A stretch of 64,000 bases of DNA from assembly GCA_021821305.1 (NCBI GenBank), contig JAKACP010000001.1, positions 468,349-532,348 of the forward strand, written 5' to 3'. Shown here one piece after another: positions 40,493 to 50,084 of the stretch (position 1 is the first letter of the stretch; each line of letters starts with the position of its first letter). This DNA comes from a bacterium. GTDB lineage: Bacteria > Patescibacteriota > Minisyncoccia > Moranbacterales > UBA1568. The position numbers and the translations under genes are program-made. The notes under the pieces were generated by a model that ran no database searches, was not told where the DNA came from, and saw nothing but the letters and a program-made list of their open reading frames with translations.

Positions 40493-41515
40493 ATGTTTTT
40501 CAAGACACGACCGAAAGTCATCTGCATCGGATCCGCCTCGAAGGACATCTTCTTTCCGACGAGCGAGGGAATCGTGCTCGAGACTCCGGAGGACCTGACC
40601 GCCCAGCGGAAGGTCGCGTTCGAACTTGGCGGCAAATACCGCGTCGACGACCGCTACGAGGCGGTAGGCGGCGTCGCGGCCAACGTCGCGCAGGCGCTCG
40701 CCAAGCTGGATATCCCTACGGCCGTCTACAGCAACGTCGGCGAGGACGAGATCGGGCAGTGGATCGTCTCCGAGCTCGAGCGCGCCCACGTATCGACCAA
40801 GCTGCTCTCCATCGATCCGCTCTCGAGAAGCGACCTGTCCGCGATCATCATCCTGACCCAAAGCGGCGAACGGACCATTTTCCATAATCGCGACGCCAAC
40901 GAGAAACTCGCCGTCGTCCCCGGGAAAATCGCGGGAGCCGAGTGGTTCTTCGTTTCCTCGCTCAACGGCGACTGGAAAGCGAATCTCCGCACGATACTCG
41001 ACACGGCCGAAGCGAACGGGACGAAAATCGCCCTCAACCCGGGACAGCACAACCTCCGCGACGACGCGAGTGCCATCCTCGAGGCGACGTCGAAATCCGA
41101 ACTGCTCGTCCTCAACAAGGACGAAGCGCTCGAACTCGTGATGAAGTCCGGTGTTGAGGCGTCCGACGTCGAACTCAACGACGAACGGTTCCTGCTCACG
41201 GCGCTCCATCATGCCGGGGCCAAGATCATCGGCATGACCGACGGCGCCCGCGGTGCGTGGGGATCCGACGGCAAGGAGATCTGGCACTGCCCGATCGGCT
41301 ACGTCGAACGCGTCGTGGATGCCACGGGAGCGGGCGACGCTTTCAGTGCCGCGTTTTTCGCCGCATTCGTTCTCGGAAAGACGATTCCGGACATGCTCCG
41401 ATACGGCATCGCGGAGAGCGGTAGCGTCGTCGGTCAGTATGGCGCGAACTGGGGATTGCTCACGGTTTCCGAGCTCGAGGAACGCGCGCGTCCGCTCGTC
41501 CCGGAACGCCTGTAA
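40493..41515 (+). CDS. PfkB family carbohydrate kinase
   Basis: GGVAANVA, NKDEA, DATGAGDAF. Confidence 0.92.
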   Translation: MFFKTRPKVICIGSASKDIFFPTSEGIVLETPEDLTAQRKVAFELGGKYRVDDRYEAVGGVAANVAQALAKLDIPTAVYSNVGEDEIGQWIVSELERAHVSTKLLSIDPLSRSDLSAIIILTQSGERTIFHNRDANEKLAVVPGKIAGAEWFFVSSLNGDWKANLRTILDTAEANGTKIALNPGQHNLRDDASAILEATSKSELLVLNKDEALELVMKSGVEASDVELNDERFLLTALHHAGAKIIGMTDGARGAWGSDGKEIWHCPIGYVERVVDATGAGDAFSAAFFAAFVLGKTIPDMLRYGIAESGSVVGQYGANWGLLTVSELEERARPLVPERL

Positions 41516-41597
41516 GGGACTTTCCCGACAGGCTCTCAGCCTTCGCGGACGCTCTTTTCGTATGCTATACTGATACTGAAAACAAACCGATCATACT

Positions 41598-42863
41598 ATG
41601 AGTTGGCTTCCCTTTTCCTTCGGGAGCGATAAAAAAGTCTATCTCGCGCTCGACATCGGCACCGAAGTCGTCAAAGCGCTGGTTTTCCGCATCGATCGGG
41701 AGACGAAGCGTGCCGAAGTCATCGGTGTGGGCCGCACGCGCCAGAAGATCGGCAACATGCAGAACGGGGCCGTTTCGGATATCGCCGGAGTGGTCGCGTC
41801 CTCGCGCGAGGCGATCGCGCTCGCCAAGAAAAAGGCCGGGGTCAAGGAAGTCCGCAAGAGCATCATCGGCATCGCCGGAGAGCTCGTGAAGGGGACCACG
41901 ACGACCGTCCACTACGATCGCGTGAACCCGACGATCCATATCGGGATGCAGGAACTGAGGATGATCATCGAAAAGGTCCAGGAAAAGGCGTTCGAACGGA
42001 TCAAGCGACAGCTCGCCTGGGAGACGGGACAGGACGATATCGACGCGAAGCTGATCAACGCGGCGCTCGTCGATGTCCAGATCGACGGATACAAGGTGAC
42101 CAACCCGCTCAATTTCCAGGGGCACGAAGTCTCGATGAGCGTCTTCAACGCCTACGCGCCGATGATGCATCTCGGGGCGCTCGGCACCATAGCCAAGGAT
42201 CTCGGGCTCGATCTCATGAGCATCGCCGCGGAGCCGTATGCGGTCGCCCGTGCGGTCGAGGTCGAGGACATGACCGATTTCAGCGCCATATTCGTCGACG
42301 TCGGCGGCGGAACGACCGACATCGCCATCGTCCGCAGCGGCGGTCTCGAAGGGACCAAGATGTTCGCGGTCGGCGGTCGCGCGTTCACCAAACGCCTCGC
42401 GCAGGTTTTCAATATCACCTTCGAGGAGGCGGAAAAGATGAAGATCGCCTACTCCTTCGGTCAGCTTCCTCCCGAACAGATGCGCTCCGTCGCCGACCTT
42501 TTCCAGGAGGACTGCCATGTCTGGCTCGGCGGCGTCGAACTGTCGCTCCTCGAATTCGCGGAAACGGACCTTCTGCCGACGAGGATCTTTCTCTGCGGGG
42601 GCGGATCGGCCCTGCCGGGCATCAAATCGTCGCTCCTGCTCGAGGAATGGTCCGCCGGGCTTCCGTTTCCCAAGAATCTCCAGGTGAGTTATCTCCAGCC
42701 CAAGGATATCGTCCGGGTCGTGGACACCACCGGAGAGCTGACCAATCCGCAGGACATCACCCCGCTCGGTCTCGTGAACCTCATACTCATCGACGAACTG
42801 GACGAAGAAAAGATGCTTTCCGGATTGCTGCGGAGGAGCATGGAATCCATAGATAAAAAGTAA
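41598..42863 (+). CDS. FtsA-like actin-family ATPase (paralogue)
   Basis: LALDIGTEVVKA, VDVGGGTTDIA, GGRAFT, LCGGGSALPG; not adjacent to ftsZ. Confidence 0.85.
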   Translation: MSWLPFSFGSDKKVYLALDIGTEVVKALVFRIDRETKRAEVIGVGRTRQKIGNMQNGAVSDIAGVVASSREAIALAKKKAGVKEVRKSIIGIAGELVKGTTTTVHYDRVNPTIHIGMQELRMIIEKVQEKAFERIKRQLAWETGQDDIDAKLINAALVDVQIDGYKVTNPLNFQGHEVSMSVFNAYAPMMHLGALGTIAKDLGLDLMSIAAEPYAVARAVEVEDMTDFSAIFVDVGGGTTDIAIVRSGGLEGTKMFAVGGRAFTKRLAQVFNITFEEAEKMKIAYSFGQLPPEQMRSVADLFQEDCHVWLGGVELSLLEFAETDLLPTRIFLCGGGSALPGIKSSLLLEEWSAGLPFPKNLQVSYLQPKDIVRVVDTTGELTNPQDITPLGLVNLILIDELDEEKMLSGLLRRSMESIDKK

Positions 42864-42875
42864 AGGAGCGCCGCT

Positions 42876-44810
42876 ATGCCGCAGACATTTTACGTCACAC
42901 AGGATGAAGAAATCCTTTCGCTGGTCGGGAGACTCCGGTCGTCCGCGCTCCTCGAGAACGTGTTCGTCGTTCCGAATCATGCGCTCATCCTCCAGAGCGC
43001 CGTCAATCTGCGCATCCTCCATCGTGAGGCGGAAAAACTCGGGAAGGTCGTGACCATCATCACCCAGGACGAGGCCGGGAGAGCGCTCGCGGAAAAAGCC
43101 GGTATCGGAACGAAGCCGTATTCCGAAGAGACCCGACAGGAGGCCGTGGCCGCCGCGCCTCTCAAACCGCATTTTCCGGCCGACGCTTCGATCGGGTCGT
43201 CCGACTTCTTTTCCGGCGCTCCCGAGGCCGCTCCTGCGACGCAGACCCTGCGATCCGCTCCGCCCGCGATCGCCCCGACTCCGATGCCGCTCCGGGTCCG
43301 CGATGCCACTCCGAAGAAACTCACGACACTCAATTCCGTCCGTGAGACCGGACAGGCTCCCGCCCAGGAGGGGACACTCCGGATAGACACGCGGCGCCCC
43401 GCGGCGGAGCAGAACGCGGCCGCTCCGCTTCGTTCTTCGGCCGGTCAGCCCGCGGCGGCCCCTGCCGCTCCCGTCCGTCCTGTCGTCGCACCCGTCATGT
43501 CCCGCGAAACCCCGGAGCGGAGCGCCTCGGCGGCCCAGGCTCCCACGGGTGAGCGGCTCGCCCGAATGTACCGGAAGAACGCTCCGCCGCTTCCGCCCGA
43601 AAGGAGATCGCCGGTCGCCGACCGCCGATCCTCCGCTTCCGGTGAGGTCAAGGGAAAGGGTGGTCTGTGGTTTCTCCTCTTCGCCGGTGTCTCGCTTCTC
43701 TCGCTCATCAGCGCCGGAGTCTTCTTCCTGCTCCCGAAAGCGGAGATAACCGTCGTTCCTCATTCGCTCTCCAAGTCGCTTGAGATCGAGTTCGAGGGGA
43801 AAAAGGACGGTGTCAGCGCGGACCGTGAGGTGCCCATCCGTCTCGTCGAACGTGAGGAGGAGGTCTCGGTTTCCGTCGAGACGACGGGCACGTCGGCCGG
43901 GAACGGGACCAAGGCCCGGGGCACCATCATCATCTCCAACGCGTACGGATCGGAAGCTCAGCCGCTCATCGCGACGACCAGATTCGAGACAGCGGACGGG
44001 AAGGTCTTCAGATTGACCAAGGGTGTTACCGTACCGGGCATTTCGGACGTGGATGGCAAAAAGGAGCCGGGCGTCATCGAAGCCGAGGTGCTCGCCGACG
44101 AACCGGGGGAATCATACAATATCGGCGCCTCGTCGTTCTCCATTCCGGGGTTCAAGGGCAATCCGAAGTATGAGAAAATAACGGGGAAGTCGAAAGAGCC
44201 CATGGCGGGAGGATCCTCGGAGGGCGATTCCGGGGTGAAGACCGTTTCTTCCGAAGATATCACCACGGCGAAAGAGGAGTCCGAAAGCATGTTCCGGTCG
44301 ATGTTCGAGGAGTCACTCAGGAGCGGCATGATCGAGGGTGAGAATTTCCTCCCGGACTCGGTGGAGATCTCATTGGTCGGTTCTCCGGCCCATCCGGAAG
44401 CCGGTGTCGTGGCATCATCCTTCGAATACAAGGCCCGGTTCAAGGCGCGCGTGTTCGTCTTCTCCGAATCGACACTCAAGGACAACGCCTCTCTCATGCT
44501 CCGTCGCGGAGCCGGGCTGGACGATACCTATGAGACCCGGGATGTCTCCTTGGAGTACGGCGAGGCGTCGTCCGATTTCGACAAGGGTACCATGTATATC
44601 AAGGTCCGGGCGACGGCGCTCTTCGCCTCCCATATCGACGTCGGTATGTTGCGCACGGATTTCCTGGGCAAGGACACCGACGGGATCCGGGAAGTCCTCG
44701 AACGGCATACGGAAGTGAAGAAGATCGAGGTGAATCTCAAACCCAAGCTGTTCATCGTCTCCGTGCCGAACGATCCGGATCGGGTGACGATCATCGTCGA
44801 AAAGCCCTAG
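42876..44810 (+). CDS. Bitopic membrane protein with baseplate J/gp47-like extracellular region
   Basis: N-terminal LQSAVNLRIL domain, Pro/Ala linker, TM, then KARGTIIISN..TRF..GKVF..VTVPG..ADEPGESYNI..MAGG. Confidence 0.65.
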   Translation: MPQTFYVTQDEEILSLVGRLRSSALLENVFVVPNHALILQSAVNLRILHREAEKLGKVVTIITQDEAGRALAEKAGIGTKPYSEETRQEAVAAAPLKPHFPADASIGSSDFFSGAPEAAPATQTLRSAPPAIAPTPMPLRVRDATPKKLTTLNSVRETGQAPAQEGTLRIDTRRPAAEQNAAAPLRSSAGQPAAAPAAPVRPVVAPVMSRETPERSASAAQAPTGERLARMYRKNAPPLPPERRSPVADRRSSASGEVKGKGGLWFLLFAGVSLLSLISAGVFFLLPKAEITVVPHSLSKSLEIEFEGKKDGVSADREVPIRLVEREEEVSVSVETTGTSAGNGTKARGTIIISNAYGSEAQPLIATTRFETADGKVFRLTKGVTVPGISDVDGKKEPGVIEAEVLADEPGESYNIGASSFSIPGFKGNPKYEKITGKSKEPMAGGSSEGDSGVKTVSSEDITTAKEESESMFRSMFEESLRSGMIEGENFLPDSVEISLVGSPAHPEAGVVASSFEYKARFKARVFVFSESTLKDNASLMLRRGAGLDDTYETRDVSLEYGEASSDFDKGTMYIKVRATALFASHIDVGMLRTDFLGKDTDGIREVLERHTEVKKIEVNLKPKLFIVSVPNDPDRVTIIVEKP

Positions 44811-44857
44811 CGCCTGCCGGTTTGTCGGTGGGCTTCACATATCCTGAAAACCATAGT

Positions 44858-45151
44858 ATGCTACCAAGCTTCCAGTCCGGCCCGCACGGGGCCCAGGGAG
44901 AGGATCCGGACCGAAAATCAGCCCTACACAGGCTCCAGTCCGAATTCCTCATCCTCCAGCAGGAGCGACAGAAGAAATCGCGATACCGCGATGCGATCGC
45001 GCTCGAGCTGCGGAGGCTCGAGATGGAGCAGGACCGTCTCGCGGTCCGGATCGACGACAAGAAACAGGAAGAAAGCACGCTGTCCCGGGAGCTCGGCATG
45101 CTCGAAGCGGAGGAAAAACGTATGAAACGGAAGATAAGCCTCCTTTCCTGA
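44858..45151 (+). CDS. Hypothetical coiled-coil protein
   Basis: Heptad E/K/R/L pattern; fills the gap before alaS. Confidence 0.6.
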   Translation: MLPSFQSGPHGAQGEDPDRKSALHRLQSEFLILQQERQKKSRYRDAIALELRRLEMEQDRLAVRIDDKKQEESTLSRELGMLEAEEKRMKRKISLLS

Positions 45152-45210
45152 GTAACTGTCCACACTCTCGACGGATTGGATATGCTGAAACGATATTTTA
45201 GATAGGCTTT

Positions 45211-47004
45211 ATGCACGCGAACGAAATACGGCGCCGCTTCCTCGAATTTTTCCGGAAACGCGGCCACGCCATAATCCCATCCGCACCACTCGTTCCCGAG
45301 AACGATCCTTCGGTCCTGTTCACGACGGCGGGCATGCAGCCGCTCGTACCGTATCTTCTCGGCGCGCCGCACCCCGCGGGCAAGCGGATCGCGAACTCGC
45401 AGAAATGCGTTCGGACGCAGGACATCGACGAAGTCGGCGACAATACGCACGACACGTTTTTCGAGATGCTCGGCAACTGGTCGCTCGGGGACTATTTCAA
45501 GGATGACGCGATCAAGTGGAGCTATGAATTCCTCACCTCGCGGGAAGAGGGGCTCGGGCTCGATCCGAATCGGCTCTACGTGACCGTGTTCGGGGGCAAT
45601 GACGATGCTCCGCGCGACGAGGAATCGTTCGCGATCTGGAAAAGCCTGGGCATCCCCGAGCACCGTATCTATTTCATGACCACGGAACCCTCGGGCAAGG
45701 AACCGAACTGGTGGAGTCCGGGCGACAACGGCCCCTGCGGCCCGGATTCGGAGATGTTCTACGATGTGACCGAGGACGGCCTCGGCGATCTTACCAAGGA
45801 GGAATACATGGCGGCGGACGACCGGCAGGAGGTGGTCGAGATCTGGAACGACGTCTTCATGGAATACGCGAAGAAGGACGGAAAAGTGACGGGCAAGCTC
45901 ACGACCAAGAACGTCGATACCGGGGCCGGCCTCGAGCGCCTCGCGATGGTCATGCAGAAGACCGACAACGTGTTCGCCACCGATCTCTTCGCTCCGCTCA
46001 TGACAGCTATCCGGACGCTGGCGAAAAACGACTGGGACGAGCGCGCGGCGCGCATCGTGGCGGATCATGTCCGGACGAGCGTCTTCCTCGTCGGTGACGG
46101 GGTCTCGCCGTCCAATACCGATCAGGGATATATTTTGCGGAGGCTGTTGCGCCGCGCGGTCCGCTATGCCGATACGCTCGGGATGCCGGGAGGAAGCCTC
46201 GCCTCGCTCGTCCCGACGGTGCTCGACACCTACGCCGAAGCCTATCCCGATCTCGCGGAAGCGAGCGAGGCGATCACGGGAGCGATACTTGCCGAGGAGG
46301 AGAAATTCCGCCGGACGCTCGCGCGCGGCATGAAGGAATTCGAGAAACGGATCGCGTCCGGAGGGCTCACCGGGACGGACGCGTTCGAGCTTTTCTCCAC
46401 GTATGGATTTCCGCTCGAGATGACGGTCGAGCTGGCCTCGGAAAAGGGCGTGACGTTCGACCACGCGGCGTTCGCGGAGGAGTTCCGCCGGCACCAGGAC
46501 CTCTCGCGCACCGCGTCCGCGGGCAAGTTCAAAGGCGGACTCGCGGATCACAGCGAACAGGTGACCATGCTCCATACCGCGACCCATCTCATGCTCGCCG
46601 GCCTCCGGAAATACCTCGGGGACCATGTCCACCAGGCGGGATCCAACATCACCGAGGAACGGACCCGGTTCGATTTCACGCATCCGGAAAAAGTCCCGCG
46701 CGAGACGCTCGACCTCGTGGAAGCCTATGTCAACGAGGCGATAGCGCATAAGTGTCCCATGACCATCGAGCGCATGCCCAAGGACGCCGCGAAGGACCGC
46801 GGAGTGGAGGGGAGCTTCTGGGACAAGTATCCGGAGACGGTGGATGTCTATATGGCCAAGGCGGAGGACGGCACCGTATATTCCCAGGAGCTCTGCGGCG
46901 GGCCGCACGTGAAGAATACCGGTGACATCAAGGGGACATTCCGTATCATCAAGGAAGAGGCGTCGTCGGCGGGTGTTCGGAGAATCAAAGCCGTGATAGA
47001 ATAG
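45211..47004 (+). CDS. alaS: Alanine--tRNA ligase (short form)
   Basis: LFTTAGMQP, HDTFFEMLGNWS, DTGAGLER, HTATHL, ELCGGPHV, GVRRIKA. Confidence 0.98.
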   Translation: MHANEIRRRFLEFFRKRGHAIIPSAPLVPENDPSVLFTTAGMQPLVPYLLGAPHPAGKRIANSQKCVRTQDIDEVGDNTHDTFFEMLGNWSLGDYFKDDAIKWSYEFLTSREEGLGLDPNRLYVTVFGGNDDAPRDEESFAIWKSLGIPEHRIYFMTTEPSGKEPNWWSPGDNGPCGPDSEMFYDVTEDGLGDLTKEEYMAADDRQEVVEIWNDVFMEYAKKDGKVTGKLTTKNVDTGAGLERLAMVMQKTDNVFATDLFAPLMTAIRTLAKNDWDERAARIVADHVRTSVFLVGDGVSPSNTDQGYILRRLLRRAVRYADTLGMPGGSLASLVPTVLDTYAEAYPDLAEASEAITGAILAEEEKFRRTLARGMKEFEKRIASGGLTGTDAFELFSTYGFPLEMTVELASEKGVTFDHAAFAEEFRRHQDLSRTASAGKFKGGLADHSEQVTMLHTATHLMLAGLRKYLGDHVHQAGSNITEERTRFDFTHPEKVPRETLDLVEAYVNEAIAHKCPMTIERMPKDAAKDRGVEGSFWDKYPETVDVYMAKAEDGTVYSQELCGGPHVKNTGDIKGTFRIIKEEASSAGVRRIKAVIE

Positions 47005-47063
47005 GGGCACGGCAGGCGATCGTCCGTCTCCGTCCCAGTTCCTTGAAGAAAGGAGAATCGTTC

Positions 47064-47258
47064 ATGAAATCAGCCGACATCATATCTTTTCCCGATCCGA
47101 GCGAACGAAAAAAAAGGCACTCAAAAAAGCGACGGCAGGCGAGACTCATCGATTGCCTTTTCGGTGAAATCGACCTCTTCCGACTCCTCCGGGACTCCGA
47201 AGAAAAGATCATCGCCCTCCGTCGAAAAAACAAACGGGATCCCGAGAGGAACCCATGA
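47064..47258 (+). CDS. Small basic hypothetical protein
   Basis: SD AGGAG before ATG 47064; followed by a hairpin and T-run. Confidence 0.45.
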   Translation: MKSADIISFPDPSERKKRHSKKRRQARLIDCLFGEIDLFRLLRDSEEKIIALRRKNKRDPERNP

Positions 47259-47368
47259 ACCCCGAGCGCTCGGCCGCGAGGGGATTTTTGTTTCTCGAAA
47301 AAGATTGTCTTGAAAAAAGAAAATCTCCGTATGGATTCATACGGAGATAGCGGTCGAATGTGGTCGCA

Positions 47369-47854
47369 TCAGCTGTCCCTTCGGAGAAGTTTCGGGGAAA
47401 CGGAATAGATGTTCCCGTTTACCGTATCCAGAACCAGGACGCGTTTCGCGGGAATGGTAGTTCCGCCTCCTCGCCGGAACGCTACGATTGTTTTTGTATA
47501 CGACTCCGCTCGTGCGGCGAAGTCGGTGAACTCACAGGGATACATGCGGAGGGATGGTCTTCCTTCCTCGACCGCAAGGACCGAAAGAAGGTGGTCGTTC
47601 AAGGATGTCTCACTGAGGACGGAATGCGTAAATCGCATCCGATCGCCCGGATACAGACAATCCTCTTCCGCCTCCTCCGGAAGATCCGATTCAAGTACGA
47701 AGGTCTTGACCAGCGCTCCCGCGTTCGGTTTCTGCGGTATCACTTTGTTGAATGATTCGCACCAGGGAACATCCCCGAAAATCGATTCATCCCATTCCCT
47801 TGGTTCCTTGCTGTGAGGAAAAGGTTCATAGTACATCATCAGTGCGTGGCCCAT
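47369..47854 (-). CDS. Hypothetical protein
   Basis: SD GAAGGAGA supplied by the duplicated leader. Confidence 0.7.
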   Translation of the reverse strand: MGHALMMYYEPFPHSKEPREWDESIFGDVPWCESFNKVIPQKPNAGALVKTFVLESDLPEEAEEDCLYPGDRMRFTHSVLSETSLNDHLLSVLAVEEGRPSLRMYPCEFTDFAARAESYTKTIVAFRRGGGTTIPAKRVLVLDTVNGNIYSVSPKLLRRDS

Positions 47855-47859
47855 CTCGG

Positions 47860-48013
47860 TCTCCTTCTTTCAGATTGAAAGGTTCGCGCGTCTGCGCAAG
47901 GAGATACCCCGGAAATCCGGGGAACAGGCAGACACACGACAGAGACCCTCGCGGGCGCTTTTGTGAATGTACTCAGCTGACCATCGTACTCCAAAAAGGC
48001 TTTTTTGTCAAGA
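47860..48013 (-). promoter_or_regulatory. Duplicated sigma70 promoter plus structured leader, copy 1
   Basis: TTGACA-N17-TACGAT; 47860-47967 identical to 48614-48721. Confidence 0.85.
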
Positions 48014-48089
48014 GATTCGGATGTCTGTTCCCGGAATCCGAGTGAAAAAACAACCCCTGAGAGAATTTTCTCTTCAGGGGCTTCGTGTG

Positions 48090-48608
48090 TCAGACATGGA
48101 CCGATTGTTCCGGTTTCATGTTGTCGCTTCGTCTGCGGGCGAAGAACTTGGAAATGGCCGCGTTGTATGCGGCGAGCGTTGTTTCGTTGCTTTCCATTTC
48201 CTGCATCAAACGGTTGAACCGGACATCGAAATCGCACATGAGCACCGCTTTCGTCTGCAAGTCGAGAGACCGGCTCTGGGTGGAGCGGGATATCTCGCAT
48301 ATTATTTCCGCGAGGTCGATCTGGTTCCGTTGAAGCGCGAAAAGGACTTCCTTTCTGGCCACGCTCAGCTCCTCCGCTGATTTTCCCGCGGTCAGTTCCG
48401 ATATTTCGAGCTCGGATGCTTCCGATTCGAATTCTTGGAGCCAGTCCGAATCCGGATTCTCCTTCAGGGCGATCGTCTCGTCCGTCGGAGCTTTCTTGCC
48501 GAATAAGGAAATGGTGTGGACCACTTCCTGCAGGGATGTCGCGAGGAATCCGGCGAACCTGGGAAAAGAAAGGTGCTGATAGCGACCTGCTAGCTGGTGA
48601 AAGTTCAT
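48090..48608 (-). CDS. Hypothetical helical/coiled-coil protein
   Basis: SD GAAGGAGA supplied by the duplicated leader. Confidence 0.7.
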   Translation of the reverse strand: MNFHQLAGRYQHLSFPRFAGFLATSLQEVVHTISLFGKKAPTDETIALKENPDSDWLQEFESEASELEISELTAGKSAEELSVARKEVLFALQRNQIDLAEIICEISRSTQSRSLDLQTKAVLMCDFDVRFNRLMQEMESNETTLAAYNAAISKFFARRRSDNMKPEQSVHV

Positions 48609-48613
48609 GGTTA

Positions 48614-48767
48614 TCTCCTTCTTTCAGATTGAAAGGTTCGCGCGTCTGCGCAAGGAGATACCCCGGAAATCCGGGGAACAGGCAGACACACGACAGAGAC
48701 CCTCGCGGGCGCTTTTGTGAACGTACTCAACTTGCCATTATACTCCGAAATGGCTTTTTTGTCAAGA
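48614..48767 (-). promoter_or_regulatory. Duplicated sigma70 promoter plus structured leader, copy 2
   Basis: Perfect TTGACA-N17-TATAAT (48765-48737); same 108-nt leader. Confidence 0.85.
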
Positions 48768-48976
48768 TACCGGGGTAATCCGGATATCGTTGTCGAAAAT
48801 CCAAAAAAACGTTTCATTTTTGCCCCTCCTTCTGAAAAAAGGCTTTTCAGAGATTTCGATGCCTTCAGTATAGCATGAAAATGGCTTGTAAAAAACCCTG
48901 TCCGGACACCGAAACATTGACAAAAATCGGAAAACCCGTAGAATGGGGAATGTTACTTCTTTTTGATGGCATCCTT

Positions 48977-49288
48977 ATGTTCGCAGTGATCAAGACCGGC
49001 GGGAAACAGTACCTCGTATCCGCCGGAACCAAGGTAAAGGTCGAGAAGCTTGAGGGGGAGATCGGCTCCAAACTCTCGTTCGAGACGCTCTATGTCGGCG
49101 ATGAGAAGACCGCCGCTGTCGGTACGCCGCTCGTGTCGGGCGCCGTCGTGGAGGGAAAGATCGTCGACCAGGACCGGCACGACAAGGTCGTCGGTATCAA
49201 ATACAAGCCGAAGAAGCGCTACAAGATGAAATTCGGCCATCGTCAGGCGTATACCGAGGTCGAGATCACCAAGGTGTCGGCGAAATAG
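48977..49288 (+). CDS. rplU: 50S ribosomal protein L21
   Basis: MFAVIKTGGKQYLV, KVEKL, GHRQAYT. Confidence 0.98.
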   Translation: MFAVIKTGGKQYLVSAGTKVKVEKLEGEIGSKLSFETLYVGDEKTAAVGTPLVSGAVVEGKIVDQDRHDKVVGIKYKPKKRYKMKFGHRQAYTEVEITKVSAK

Positions 49289-49305
49289 CTTCCTGCGGAC
49301 AAATG

Positions 49306-49339
49306 AAAACCGCCCATCATTATGACTGGGCGGTTTTTT
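49306..49339. terminator. Bidirectional terminator
   Basis: aaaaccgccca...tgggcggtttttt. Confidence 0.8.
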
Positions 49340-49343
49340 GTCG

Positions 49344-49679
49344 CTATGCTTTGGCAAGCACCAGCGGTTCGCTGGAAAGTTCCTTGTAGAAGAAAAGGAT
49401 GATCGAAAATTGTGTGGATTCGCGTTCGGAGGGGAAGAACCCTTTGATGAAGACGTCTTTCCCGTGCCACATGTTCAATGTGGTGATGCCGAGGTGGTAC
49501 TTCGCATTTTGCAGGAACGTTCCGTACGACGAGGTGTATCCGCCGAACTTGCACGGAACCTTGTCTTTCGGATCCTGCTCCGAGGCATTCGCCTGGTTCA
49601 GATAGTGCTGCCTGAGGCTCTCGATGATCGTATCGAGATCGTCATCGGGGCAGGTCCATTCGATGATAGGTCGGTTCAT
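49344..49679 (-). CDS. Hypothetical protein
   Basis: SD AAAGGG before ATG; in tandem with the upstream ORF. Confidence 0.6.
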   Translation of the reverse strand: MNRPIIEWTCPDDDLDTIIESLRQHYLNQANASEQDPKDKVPCKFGGYTSSYGTFLQNAKYHLGITTLNMWHGKDVFIKGFFPSERESTQFSIILFFYKELSSEPLVLAKA

Positions 49680-49691
49680 GAGATGTCCCTT

Positions 49692-50030
49692 TCATTCGAC
49701 TACGAACACGTGAATCTGGCCGCGAAACGCTTCGCACGGGGCTTCCCCATACTGCCCGCTTCCGGTGGCAGATATCTCGCCACGCCATTCGGGTCCGAAA
49801 TACGGATCCACGACGCGATCGATCTCGACCCGGCCCTCGAAGTCCTTGAGTTCCGGGCCGGCCTCGCGGGGCGGATCCCATTTTCCGGTCAATGCGACCT
49901 GGAAATCCTGCAACGGAATATTGGCCCGATCGGCCACCCTTGCGGCGATGAAGCGTTTGGTTACATCGGAAAAATCCTGACGGGTCACGTAATGGCCCCC
50001 GAGTGAAATCGAAAAGTCTTCGCGTTCCAT
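49692..50030 (-). CDS. Hypothetical protein
   Basis: SD AAGGAGG; upstream TTGACA...TATAAT overlapping the recR 3' end. Confidence 0.7.
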   Translation of the reverse strand: MEREDFSISLGGHYVTRQDFSDVTKRFIAARVADRANIPLQDFQVALTGKWDPPREAGPELKDFEGRVEIDRVVDPYFGPEWRGEISATGSGQYGEAPCEAFRGQIHVFVVE

Positions 50031-50084
50031 GGCTGTACCCTCCTTTTCTCCTCAAAATGTGAACGAACTTCAAAACTGCGTATA

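Noticed and set aside
42876-44810. Prophage or contractile injection system
   Set aside because: No other phage structural genes, integrase or terminase; the flanks are housekeeping genes.
47860-48767. CRISPR array or IS ends as the explanation of the direct repeats
   Set aside because: Only two long copies separated by a gene; no cas or transposase genes. No CRISPR array was seen anywhere in the window.
48611-48817. 68-aa ORF sharing a peptide with 47839-48300
   Set aside because: The shared peptide is the translation of the duplicated promoter and leader; it runs through the -35/-10 boxes and has no SD.
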